The notes beneath the pieces were generated by a model that searched no databases, was not told the DNA's origin, and worked only from the letters and a program-made list of their open reading frames with translations. From contig NZ_CP089976.1 of assembly GCF_022701215.1 (NCBI RefSeq), positions 1,590,001 through 1,622,000 on the forward strand: a DNA stretch of 32,000 nucleotides, in the 5' to 3' direction. The position numbers and the translations under genes were made by a program. This DNA is from Moraxella nasovis (GTDB taxonomy: Bacteria > Pseudomonadota > Gammaproteobacteria > Pseudomonadales > Moraxellaceae). Below, piece by piece: positions 1-8,583 of this stretch. Positions within the stretch are counted from its first letter, which is position 1. Every line of letters begins with the position of its first letter.

Positions 1-1285
1 CGTGTCCGCCAATCAAATAGCGAATGTGTGTTTTGGCGACTTCATCGTCTGTCAAATCATAGGCATGATAGTTATCTTCATCTAATTTTTGGGCGATGAT
101 TGAACGTTCTTTTTGTCCATCTTTTAAGCCGATGCCCACAAAAATACTGGCAGACTCATGAGCATCTTTTGATGATGGTTTGACTCGGTAGTTAAATTCG
201 GTGATGTTTCGCCCTTGTAGTGAGCGACAAAAATCCAAAAATGCCCCTGTCCGCTCTGGGATTTGCACTGCAAAAACCGCTTCTTTGGATTCGCCAATCT
301 CGGTGCGTTCAGCAATGTATCGTAATCTATCAAAGTTCATGTTCGCCCCTGATACAATCGCCACGCAGTTTTTGCCGAGTAAATGATGGGTTTGAATGTA
401 CTTTTTAAGACCTGCCAACGCCAACGCCCCAGATGGCTCAACGATGTGGCGATTTTCTTCAAAAATATCCTTGACGGCGGCACATATCTCATCGTTACTG
501 CACGTGATGACATCATCTACCACGCTTTTTTGTCCATCTGATTTGGGGAGGCTGACGACATCAAAGGGGATTTGTCCGATTTGGGCGACTGCCACGCCAT
601 CAGCAAAGAGTGATACTTGTGGCAGACGTGTTCGCTCGCCTGTTTTTCGTGCGATGTTTAGGCAATCAGAGCCGTCAGATTCTACACCAATCACTTTGAC
701 GTGTGGGGCAATCTCGCCCAAAAATGCCGCCATCCCCGCAATCAAACCGCCACCGCCCACAGGCACAAAGACATATTCCATCTCACGCCAATCCTGCGAT
801 AGCTCCAATGCCACCGTGCCTTGTCCTGCGATGACAAGCTTATCATCATAAGGGGCGATGTAGGTCAGAGCATCTGTGTTTGCTTTATTTATGGCAAATT
901 GGTTTGCTTTATCAAAACTGTCGCCATGTAGCACGACATTGCCACCTAATGCTTTGACTGCCTTGACTTTGATGTCTGGCGTGGTGGTTGGCATGACGAT
1001 GGTACTGTGTAAACCTAATTTGCTTGCTGAATATGCCACCCCTTGGGCGTGATTGCCAGCAGATGCACAGATGATCCCTTTTGCCTTTTGTTCGGTGGAT
1101 AATTGGCTGATTTTATTATAAGCTCCACGCAGTTTAAAGCTAAATACAGGCTGTAAGTCTTCTCGTTTTAGCCGAATGTCGTTATCAAAGCGTGCCGACA
1201 GTTTCACGGCTTGGTCTAAGGGCGTGCGAATGGCGACATCATAGACAGTGGCGGTGATGATAGAGCGGACATAATGGGTGAGCAT
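1..1285 (-). CDS. ilvA: Biosynthetic threonine ammonia-lyase (threonine dehydratase) IlvA; C-terminal ~85 aa lie beyond the window edge
   Basis: Absent from the ORF track because there is no stop in the window. My own minus-strand translation from ATG (1285-1283) gives MLTHYVRSIITATVYDVAIRTPLDQAVKLSARFDNDIRLKREDLQPVFSFKLRGAYNK. This contains the PLP-lysine motif SFKLRGA, later a GGGGLIAG loop, and DLTDDEVAKTHIRYLIGGH at the window edge. An AAGGA SD-like sequence lies ~5 nt upstream. Confidence 0.9.
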   Translation of the reverse strand, partial: MLTHYVRSIITATVYDVAIRTPLDQAVKLSARFDNDIRLKREDLQPVFSFKLRGAYNKISQLSTEQKAKGIICASAGNHAQGVAYSASKLGLHSTIVMPTTTPDIKVKAVKALGGNVVLHGDSFDKANQFAINKANTDALTYIAPYDDKLVIAGQGTVALELSQDWREMEYVFVPVGGGGLIAGMAAFLGEIAPHVKVIGVESDGSDCLNIARKTGERTRLPQVSLFADGVAVAQIGQIPFDVVSLPKSDGQKSVVDDVITCSNDEICAAVKDIFEENRHIVEPSGALALAGLKKYIQTHHLLGKNCVAIVSGANMNFDRLRYIAERTEIGESKEAVFAVQIPERTGAFLDFCRSLQGRNITEFNYRVKPSSKDAHESASIFVGIGLKDGQKERSIIAQKLDEDNYHAYDLTDDEVAKTHIRYLIGGH

Positions 1286-1385
1286 AGGGTTCCTTTGTTT
1301 GTATCGACATGGTTGGTTGTCAGTATGATAAACAAAAACCGATAATTTAATAGGCTATTCGATTTAAAATAAAACCCATTAAATA

Positions 1386-1652
1386 TCATGAAAAGAAATA
1401 CTTTTGCATGGTTTTTAATAAATTTTCTTCAATCAGATTGTTAAAATCGTTGGGTAACACAGCATCAATGCCACAATAAGGGCATAGGGCTGTATCATTA
1501 TTATCAATCCAGTCTTCTTTTTGAATATCGCTATAATCAAAATAGGTCAAACAATGAAAACACGCACATTGCTGATATTTTTTCAATAAATTTCTATGAT
1601 TGGTGCAAAGTCCATGCAATGCTTTTAATTCAAAAATAGGATATGATTTCAT
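1386..1652 (-). CDS. Hypothetical small cysteine-rich protein (88 aa), CxxC-x22-CxxC zinc-ribbon-like
   Basis: ORF track. It has C31-x2-C34 and C57-x2-C60 pairs plus C16 and C29, and the motif TALCPYCGIDAV. By eye it is much AT-richer than both neighbours. There is no clear SD, and I do not recognise the family. Confidence 0.55.
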   Translation of the reverse strand: MKSYPIFELKALHGLCTNHRNLLKKYQQCACFHCLTYFDYSDIQKEDWIDNNDTALCPYCGIDAVLPNDFNNLIEENLLKTMQKYFFS

Positions 1653-1674
1653 GATGAGTTATCGGTCAAAAATA

Positions 1675-1710
1675 AATAAGATATGATAAATGAATTTATC
1701 ATATCTTATT
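1675..1710 (-). terminator. 17+17 bp perfect AT-rich palindrome (AATAAGATATGATAAAT-GA-ATTTATCATATCTTATT); probable yebC terminator and/or operator of the downstream small gene
   Basis: It lies 17 nt downstream of the yebC stop. On the minus strand it is followed by TTTATTTTT. The stem has only two G:C pairs, so it is weaker than a classical terminator. It also lies 23 nt upstream of the 1652 start codon. Confidence 0.4.
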
Positions 1711-1727
1711 TTAAAGCCTATGATAAA

Positions 1728-2477
1728 TTAAGCATCTAATTGTGCCATCACATCATCGCTAAAATTGACGTTGGTATAGACTTCTTGCACATCGTCTAAG
1801 TCTTCTAGCATATCAATCATTTTTAGCACACGCTGTGCATCGTCAATATCATCAATGTCGGCTGTGGTAGAAGGCGACATGGTAACTTCCATGCTGTCTG
1901 CTTTTAGTCCTGCATTTGCTAGTGCGTCCACCACCACCCCAAAGTCATTAGGTTCGGTGATGACAAGTAGGCTCTCGCCATCGTTTTCAATGTCGCTTGC
2001 TCCTGCTTCTAGGGCAATCTCCATCACTTTATCTTCAAGCGATACATCGTGAAAGACAATCTCGCCACGCTTGCTAAATAAATATGCCACTGAGCCAGAT
2101 GTGCCAAGATTGCCCCCGTGCTTGCTAAATGCGTGGCGAACTTCGCCCACCGTGCGATTGACGTTATCGGTCATGGTCTCCACGATGACCGCCACACCGC
2201 CCACGCCATAGCCTTCGTAGGTAATCTCTTGGACGTTGTCGCCTTCACCACCGCCTTGTCCACGTTCAATGGCACGCTTGATGACATCTTTGGTCATGTT
2301 GGCGGCATTGGCTTTTTCTAGCACGGCTCTTAGGCGTGGGTTGCTTGCAGGGTCTGGATCGCCCCCCTTAGAAGCAGAGACAATCTCACGAATGATTTTG
2401 GTAAAAATTTTGCCCTTTGCGGCATCTTGTTTGGCTTTGCGATGTTTGATATTCGCCCATTTACTATGACCTGCCAT
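1728..2477 (-). CDS. yebC: YebC/PmpR family DNA-binding transcriptional regulator
   Basis: Hallmark N-terminus [27 protein letters not shown]; 249 aa, the typical length. Confidence 0.95.
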   Translation of the reverse strand: MAGHSKWANIKHRKAKQDAAKGKIFTKIIREIVSASKGGDPDPASNPRLRAVLEKANAANMTKDVIKRAIERGQGGGEGDNVQEITYEGYGVGGVAVIVETMTDNVNRTVGEVRHAFSKHGGNLGTSGSVAYLFSKRGEIVFHDVSLEDKVMEIALEAGASDIENDGESLLVITEPNDFGVVVDALANAGLKADSMEVTMSPSTTADIDDIDDAQRVLKMIDMLEDLDDVQEVYTNVNFSDDVMAQLDA

Positions 2478-2586
2478 AATATTACCTTTTTATTGATTTG
2501 ATTGAAAATTACTACACAAAAATAATCGCCTATTTTACCATAAAATCCACCACAAAAAATACACCCACGCCAGCCAACGCTCTTTT

Positions 2587-2607
2587 TTATTGACAATTTA
2601 TTGACAA
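2587..2607 (+). repeat. Tandem 10-bp direct repeat TTATTGACAA x2 (11-bp period), each copy containing a consensus TTGACA -35 hexamer
   Basis: Copies are at 2587-2596 and 2598-2607, immediately upstream of the K+ channel ORF. No good -10 lies at 17 bp from either copy. A TGgTAAAAT extended -10-like element lies at 2631-2639, inside the annotated ORF start. Confidence 0.5.
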
Positions 2608-2616
2608 CACCAGCAC

Positions 2617-3489
2617 ATGATGAAATTTTTTGGTAAAATAAGCGTAAATTTTATTCATCATCATTCTATGAAAACCCATCATAAGCACAGCCTTGCAGAA
2701 CGTATTCATATCATCATTGAAGGCACTGATACCCGCATGGGTAAATTTTTTGATGTGGTGCTACTGATTGCCATTGCGTTGTCGGTGGCGGTGGTGATGT
2801 TAGATAGTGTGCTGATTTTAAGATTGCAATATGGCAAGCTATTTTTTTATGCAGAATGGTTTTTTACGCTGTTATTCACCATAGAATACATGCTGCGGCT
2901 GTATTCTGCCCCCAATCGTCGCCGTTATGCGTTTAGTTTTTTTGGGGTGGTGGATTTGTTGGCATTATTGCCAAGCTATCTGAGTTTATTTTTTGTGGGG
3001 ACGCAATATCTGCTTGTGGTGCGTATTTTGCGTATTTTGCGGATATTTCGAGTATTTAAGCTTAAGTCTTATATGCAGCAGGCGGGATTTTTGGCGGCGG
3101 CGTTTAAGACCAGCCAGCATAAAATCATCGTATTTTTTGTGTCATTGTTATTGTTGGTCACGATTTTTGGTTCGGTATTGTATGTCGTTGAAGGCCCTGA
3201 AAACGGTTTTACCAGTATTCCTTTATCTATTTATTGGGCAATAGTTACGCTGACCACCGTAGGCTATGGTGATATTTCACCAAAAACACCACTAGGTCAA
3301 GCCATCGCAAGTATGGTGATGATTACAGGTTATGCCATCATTGCGGTGCCGACAGGGATTTTTACCGCAGAGCTGACACGCACCATGCGACCACAGCTAC
3401 ACCCCATCTCTTGCCCGAATTGCGGCAAATTTGGTCATGCGTCCAATGCCAAATTTTGCGACCGCTGTGGGCATGATTTGCATTTATAG
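2617..3489 (+). CDS. Voltage-gated (Kv-type, 6TM) potassium channel with a C-terminal CxxC...CxxC zinc-ribbon tail
   Basis: Selectivity filter TTVGYGD; S4-like segment LLVVRILRILRIFRVFKLK; C-terminal CPNCGKFGHASNAKFCDRCGH (3412-3468). The start is uncertain: ATG at 2617, 2620 or 2668 (MKTHHKH). Confidence 0.88.
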   Translation: MMKFFGKISVNFIHHHSMKTHHKHSLAERIHIIIEGTDTRMGKFFDVVLLIAIALSVAVVMLDSVLILRLQYGKLFFYAEWFFTLLFTIEYMLRLYSAPNRRRYAFSFFGVVDLLALLPSYLSLFFVGTQYLLVVRILRILRIFRVFKLKSYMQQAGFLAAAFKTSQHKIIVFFVSLLLLVTIFGSVLYVVEGPENGFTSIPLSIYWAIVTLTTVGYGDISPKTPLGQAIASMVMITGYAIIAVPTGIFTAELTRTMRPQLHPISCPNCGKFGHASNAKFCDRCGHDLHL

Positions 3490-3561
3490 TATTTATGCCA
3501 TATTCTTTAATGCTAATATTGCCACAGCTTAACTCCTATTTTTAATCATATCATACCAAAA

Positions 3562-4281
3562 ATGAAATTAGATCAACTTGTTCGTCTTGCACCTGTTACG
3601 CTTTTTTTAATCATTAGTTTTGTTATCGTAGCACTATGGCAAACGGTGGCTGGCGTATCGCTTGACTCACCAAATTCAGATGATTTGATTCATTTTGGAG
3701 CCAACTTCTTACCGCTATCTTTGACGATTGAGCCATGGCGGATTGTCAGCAGTGTGTTTTTACATATTGGCTTAATCCATCTGTTATTTAATGCCTTTGC
3801 TATGTATTTTTTTGGTCAAGTGGCAGAGCAGATTTTAAATAGCTTGCGGTTTTTTGTGGTTTTTATGGTATCAGCAATTGGCGGTAATTTGCTAAATCTG
3901 TTTATCACTTGGCAAGATGTATTGGCAGGTGGGCCTGTTGGGCTGTCGGCAGGTGCTTCAGGCGGTATCATGGGTCTTGGGTCAGCATTATTCGTGCTGG
4001 CAGCAACGAAAGCTCGTACGCCATTTATTTTAAGCACGAAAAACTTAGCGATGGTGATGGGTGTTAATGTCATTATGGGCTTTGCTGTTGATGGCATTGA
4101 TAATGCAGGGCATATTGGCGGTTTAATTGTTGGAGCATTGCTTGGGCTTGCTTTTGTGGCAGATTTACGCATGATAAAAGTCAGATTGGTTAGTCTGTTT
4201 TGGTTATCTGCAGCAGTGCTAAGCCTTGGATTTGTGGGCGTGTGGTGGGTGCTACAAGGCTGGGTTTTGGTCTTGGTGTGA
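3562..4281 (+). CDS. Rhomboid family intramembrane serine protease
   Basis: Polytopic protein with FLHIGLIHLLFN (H-x4-N region), catalytic GASGGIMGL (GxSG) and AGHIGGLIVG (catalytic His). There is a 72-nt gap after the channel gene with no terminator. Confidence 0.9.
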   Translation: MKLDQLVRLAPVTLFLIISFVIVALWQTVAGVSLDSPNSDDLIHFGANFLPLSLTIEPWRIVSSVFLHIGLIHLLFNAFAMYFFGQVAEQILNSLRFFVVFMVSAIGGNLLNLFITWQDVLAGGPVGLSAGASGGIMGLGSALFVLAATKARTPFILSTKNLAMVMGVNVIMGFAVDGIDNAGHIGGLIVGALLGLAFVADLRMIKVRLVSLFWLSAAVLSLGFVGVWWVLQGWVLVLV

Positions 4282-4291
4282 GTGATGGGCT

Positions 4292-5086
4292 TTATGTTTG
4301 GTGCTTAAATGTGTATAACGCCACCGTTTCACAAGCTACCCCAATAACAGCCGTTACTTGATTATCGTTATAGTGCCAATCACCGAGTACTACTCTTGTT
4401 TTATCATGATGATTATGCACAGCAGGGCGATGCGTATGCCCATGAATGAGTATATCGCACGTTTTTAAGGCAAGCTGAACAGCGGCATCATTGACATCCA
4501 TCACCACTTTGGGCTTTTTATTTTTGTCTTTATGGGCTTGGCTTTTGATGGTTTTGGCAAGTTTTTGGCGAACCACTAAAGGCGTATTTAATAGACAAAA
4601 TTTTACCACAGGGTTTTGGATAATCGCACGATAACGCTGATAGCTTATATCGTCAGTGCATAGTGCATCTCCATGCTCTAGGCGAATGATTTTGCCTTTT
4701 ATGGCATGATAATACGGTGCTTGAATCAGCGTGCCACGAAAAATATCACAAAATTGTTGCCCAAGGGTAAAGTCACGATTGCCATGCATGATATAAATAT
4801 GACAATGATCGCTTAAGGCTTGCAATAGATCTGTCGTTTGCTTAAGCCATGTTTGATTGATAAAATCATCATCACCAAGCCAAGCATCCAAAAAATCTCC
4901 CAAAATAAATAAGTGCTGTAAATTTGGTAATTTAATCAGATTCATTAACAGATGGTTAAATGCCGCAGTCAGCGACGTGGTCTGCTCAGATAAATGTAAA
5001 TCACTGACAAAAACCGCACGAATATCATGCGGTTTTGTAGTAAGTAAATGCTCAAAGCTTAAAAATACTTGTGATGAATTAGGCAT
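4292..5086 (-). CDS. lpxH: UDP-2,3-diacylglucosamine diphosphatase LpxH
   Basis: Calcineurin-like motifs VSDLHLS, GDFLDAWLGDD, HGNRDF and HGHTHRP. Its start overlaps the ppiB stop (TAATG), the ppiB-lpxH arrangement known from E. coli. Confidence 0.93.
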   Translation of the reverse strand: MPNSSQVFLSFEHLLTTKPHDIRAVFVSDLHLSEQTTSLTAAFNHLLMNLIKLPNLQHLFILGDFLDAWLGDDDFINQTWLKQTTDLLQALSDHCHIYIMHGNRDFTLGQQFCDIFRGTLIQAPYYHAIKGKIIRLEHGDALCTDDISYQRYRAIIQNPVVKFCLLNTPLVVRQKLAKTIKSQAHKDKNKKPKVVMDVNDAAVQLALKTCDILIHGHTHRPAVHNHHDKTRVVLGDWHYNDNQVTAVIGVACETVALYTFKHQT

Positions 5087-5595
5087 TACTTTTGGATGAC
5101 TTTAGCGGAATTAATAACGACAGCATCCACAGGTACGTCTTGGTGAAAGCCATAACTTGTTGTTTTTACGTTCTTAATCTGATTAACCACGTCCATACCA
5201 TCAATAACTTTACCAAAAACAGCATAACCCCAGCCTTGAGGTGTTGGGCTTGAGTAGTTTAAAAAATCGTTATTATTTACGTTAATGAAAAATTGGGAAG
5301 TTGCAGAATGTGGATCATTTGTGCGAGCCATCGCAATCGTACCCACGTCATTTTTTAGACCGTTGTCTGCTTCGTTTTTAATTGGTGTGCCAGTGCGTTT
5401 TTCCTTCATACCGCTTTCCATGCCGCCACCTTGAATCATAAAGCCGTTAATCACACGATGAAAAATCGTGCCGTCATAATGCCCACTTTGAACATAATCT
5501 AAAAAGTTAGCAACGGTTTGTGGGGCTTTTTCTTCATTAAGCTCAATGACGATAGAACCAAAGTTAGTGTCAAGCTCTACAATAGGCATATCCAT
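5086..5595 (-). CDS. ppiB: Cyclophilin-type peptidyl-prolyl cis-trans isomerase B (cytoplasmic)
   Basis: [14 protein letters not shown] and [18 protein letters not shown] motifs. The ORF track extends to 5688, but ATG at 5595 ([13 protein letters not shown]) has a GGAGA SD 5 nt upstream and gives the normal ~170 aa. Confidence 0.92.
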   Translation of the reverse strand: MDMPIVELDTNFGSIVIELNEEKAPQTVANFLDYVQSGHYDGTIFHRVINGFMIQGGGMESGMKEKRTGTPIKNEADNGLKNDVGTIAMARTNDPHSATSQFFINVNNNDFLNYSSPTPQGWGYAVFGKVIDGMDVVNQIKNVKTTSYGFHQDVPVDAVVINSAKVIQK

Positions 5596-5797
5596 GATAA
5601 TCTCCAAAAATAAATGAATGTGAAATAACACATACCATATTATCAAATTTTTAACAAAAAAATAAGTATATAATTGTAATTTAATCATAACGCCAAAATA
5701 ACACGTGTGTTTTGGAGCAACCTTTTGGGTGATATAAAAGTAATTATCATAAGTTATGCAATCTTAGGGGTTAAAAATAGCAAGTCGCTATAACTTG

Positions 5798-5806
5798 TGC
5801 TAGAAT
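5798..5806 (+). promoter_or_regulatory. Candidate extended -10 promoter element (TGcTAGAAT) for glnS
   Basis: TG at 5798-5799 and TAGAAT at 5801-5806, ~30 nt upstream of the glnS ATG. The -35 is weak (TAGCAA). Confidence 0.35.
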
Positions 5807-5837
5807 AAACGATTTATTTTATTTAAATAAGACTGCT

Positions 5838-7598
5838 ATGACCAACATCAAACCTGACACCGAAAAAAATAACTTTATCCGCACCATCATCAAAGATGAC
5901 CTAGCAAATAATAAGCATGAGCGTATCGTTACGCGATTTCCACCAGAGCCAAATGGTTTTTTACACATTGGACATGTTAAGTCAATCTGCCTAAACTTCG
6001 GCTTGGCACAAGAATTTCAGGGTCTGTGTAATTTGCGATTTGACGACACTAACCCTACCGCCGAAAAGCAAGACTTTGTGGATAGCATTAAAAAAGACGT
6101 TCAATGGCTTGGTTTTGACTGGGCAGGTGATGTGCGTTATGCGTCAAACTACTTTGACCAGCTGTATGAATGGGCAGTTAAGCTTATCAAAAAAGGCGTG
6201 GCATATGTCGATTTACAAACACCCGAAGAGATTCGTGAGAATCGTGGTGGCTTTGGTAAGCCGTCTGTGCCATCGCCACAGCGAGAGGCGAGTATTGAGG
6301 AGAATTTGGCTCGCTTTGACGACATGAAAAACGGCAAATACAAAGAGGGCGAGGCAGTGCTTCGTGCCAAAATTGACATGAATCACCCTAACATGAATAT
6401 GCGAGACCCTGTTATCTATCGTGTGATGCATGCTCACCACCACCAAACAGGCGATAAGTGGTGCATTTATCCGATGTATGATTATGCCCATCCACTTAGT
6501 GATGCAATAGAAGGAATTACGCATTCAGTTTGTACGCTTGAGTTTGAAGATCATCGTCCTTTTTATGATTGGGTAGTAGAGCAAGTCGGATTTGAGATTC
6601 CCCCACGTCAGTACGAATTTAGTCGCTTAAATATTGATCACACGCTAACTTCTAAGCGTAAGCTTAAACGCCTAGTTGAGATGGGTGTGGTGAGTGGCTG
6701 GGACGATCCACGCATGCCAACCATTGCAGGTATGAGACGACGTGGCTACACGCCAGAGGGTTTGCGTGATTTTTGTGAGCGTATCGGCGTTAGTAAGGCA
6801 GATGGAGTGGTTGATTTTCGCCAGCTTGAATTTAGTGTAAGAAATTCACTTGAGGATAGCACAGCTCGTGGCATGGCGGTGCTTCGCCCCTTAAAAGTCA
6901 CCATTACCAATTTTGATGAAGCTATCAGCCAAGTAGAAACGCTTAAAAAGCCAACGGTCGCAACTAAAGTAAAAGATGGCGTATTATGGCTAAGTCAGCC
7001 TAAGCACCCAAGCCTTGATTTGGGTCACCGTGATATTCCGTTTACAAAGACCATTTATATTGATCAAAGCGACTTTGAGCTAAATCCACCAGAAGGCTAT
7101 AAACGCCTATCGCCTGACAATCGTGAAATCCGTCTACGTAATAGCTATATCCTAAAGGTAGAAGAGTTTAAGACCGATGATAATGGAGATGTGATAGAGC
7201 TTATCGCCACCATCGACCCAAAAACGCTGGGCAATAATCCTGAAGGACGTAAGGTTAAAGGGGTGATTCACTGGGTATCGGCAGATTTGGGTGTGCCAAG
7301 TGCGGTATATACATTTGAGCACTTGCTTTTTGAGGATGATGAGTTAACAGATGAGCATATTGCCAAGATTAAGGCAAATCATCCTGATGCAGACGATGAT
7401 ACGCTTTGGGTGCTTACACATTATAATCCCAATTCACAAACAGTGTACGACGCTGTTGTTGAGCCGTCCTTAGTAGCGCAGGTTGGTGAGCGTTTTCAGT
7501 TTGAGCGAGAAAGCTACTTTATCTTAGACAGCATCCAAGATAATAAGCCTGTATTTTATCAGATTGTAGGATTAAAAGACGGCTTTAAGCCTGCTTAA
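5838..7598 (+). CDS. glnS: Glutamine--tRNA ligase
   Basis: Class I HIGH motif (FLHIGHVKS) and KMSKS-equivalent LTSKRKL; the N-terminus NFIRTIIKDDL is typical of GlnRS; 586 aa. Confidence 0.96.
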   Translation: MTNIKPDTEKNNFIRTIIKDDLANNKHERIVTRFPPEPNGFLHIGHVKSICLNFGLAQEFQGLCNLRFDDTNPTAEKQDFVDSIKKDVQWLGFDWAGDVRYASNYFDQLYEWAVKLIKKGVAYVDLQTPEEIRENRGGFGKPSVPSPQREASIEENLARFDDMKNGKYKEGEAVLRAKIDMNHPNMNMRDPVIYRVMHAHHHQTGDKWCIYPMYDYAHPLSDAIEGITHSVCTLEFEDHRPFYDWVVEQVGFEIPPRQYEFSRLNIDHTLTSKRKLKRLVEMGVVSGWDDPRMPTIAGMRRRGYTPEGLRDFCERIGVSKADGVVDFRQLEFSVRNSLEDSTARGMAVLRPLKVTITNFDEAISQVETLKKPTVATKVKDGVLWLSQPKHPSLDLGHRDIPFTKTIYIDQSDFELNPPEGYKRLSPDNREIRLRNSYILKVEEFKTDDNGDVIELIATIDPKTLGNNPEGRKVKGVIHWVSADLGVPSAVYTFEHLLFEDDELTDEHIAKIKANHPDADDDTLWVLTHYNPNSQTVYDAVVEPSLVAQVGERFQFERESYFILDSIQDNKPVFYQIVGLKDGFKPA

Positions 7599-7644
7599 TT
7601 TGTGGGCAAATTTACCCTAAAAGTGTACATACAGAAAGACAATC

Positions 7645-8583
7645 ATGAAAATTTTACTTGCCAACCCACGTGGATTTTGTGCTGGCGTGGACCGTGCCAT
7701 TGCGATTGTTAATGTCGCCCTAGAACGCTTTAATCCGCCCATTTATGTGCGGCATGAAGTCGTGCATAACAAGTTTGTCGTAGAAGATTTGGCATCTCGC
7801 GGGGCGATTTTTGTTGAAGAACTCGATGAAGTGCCTGATGGGGCAATCGTGATTTTCTCAGCTCATGGCGTATCTAAGGCGGTGGAAGATGAGGCAGCTC
7901 GTCGTGATTTGACAGTGTTTGACGCCACCTGCCCACTGGTTACCAAGGTGCATATGGAGGTGGGTAAATTTGCCAAAGATGGCATGAATGCTATTTTGAT
8001 TGGGCATGCAGGACACCCTGAGGTTGAAGGCACGATGGGACGGTTTGATACCAGTTTTGGTGGCCGCATTCATTTGGTTGAGGATGCTGACGATGTTGCT
8101 AGCCTAAACTTTGATGGCGATGATGCCAAAGATTTGGCATTTGTCACTCAGACTACGCTATCTATGGACGATACGGCGGTGGTAATTGACGCCCTAAAAA
8201 ATAAATTTCCTAAGATTAATGCACCCCGTAAAGACGACATTTGTTACGCCACTCAAAACCGCCAAGATGCAGTTAAGTCGTTAGCCAAAGTGTGTCAAAT
8301 CGTTCTTGTCGTAGGCTCGCCTAATTCGAGTAATTCAAATCGCTTACGTGAACTTGCCGAGAGACTGGGGGCAAAAGCTTATCTGATAGATAACGCTTCT
8401 CAGATGGATAAATCTTGGTTTGATGGCATAACCCAAGTTGGAGTAACTGCAGGTGCTTCTGCTCCTGAAGTGCTAATCCAAGAAGTATTAGATACCTTGC
8501 AAGCGTGGGGAGCAGATACGCCAACAGAATTAAATGGTATTGAAGAAAATATTACATTTAGTCTGCCAAAATCCTTAAAATAA
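7645..8583 (+). CDS. ispH: 4-hydroxy-3-methylbut-2-enyl diphosphate reductase
   Basis: [20 protein letters not shown]-terminus, [12 protein letters not shown] and [13 protein letters not shown] motifs. Confidence 0.96.
   Translation: MKILLANPRGFCAGVDRAIAIVNVALERFNPPIYVRHEVVHNKFVVEDLASRGAIFVEELDEVPDGAIVIFSAHGVSKAVEDEAARRDLTVFDATCPLVTKVHMEVGKFAKDGMNAILIGHAGHPEVEGTMGRFDTSFGGRIHLVEDADDVASLNFDGDDAKDLAFVTQTTLSMDDTAVVIDALKNKFPKINAPRKDDICYATQNRQDAVKSLAKVCQIVLVVGSPNSSNSNRLRELAERLGAKAYLIDNASQMDKSWFDGITQVGVTAGASAPEVLIQEVLDTLQAWGADTPTELNGIEENITFSLPKSLK

Noticed and set aside
396-851. 151-aa plus-strand ORF
   Set aside because: It lies entirely antisense within the well-supported ilvA coding region. Its Ser/Thr/Pro/Ala-rich composition is typical of shadow ORFs.
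2330-2596. 88-aa minus-strand ORF overlapping the yebC start
   Set aside because: It overlaps yebC out of frame and continues into the promoter region. It has no SD and no recognisable motif.
4282-4291. Only 10 bp between the convergent stops of the rhomboid gene and lpxH, with no terminator
   Set aside because: The observation is real, but tight convergent junctions are common. Nothing in the sequence indicates a special element.
7298-7306. AAGTGCGGT, identical to the Haemophilus-type uptake signal core, noted because comEC is present
   Set aside because: It occurs once, inside glnS. One hit in 32 kb is compatible with chance, and I saw no repeated uptake-sequence candidate in the terminators.
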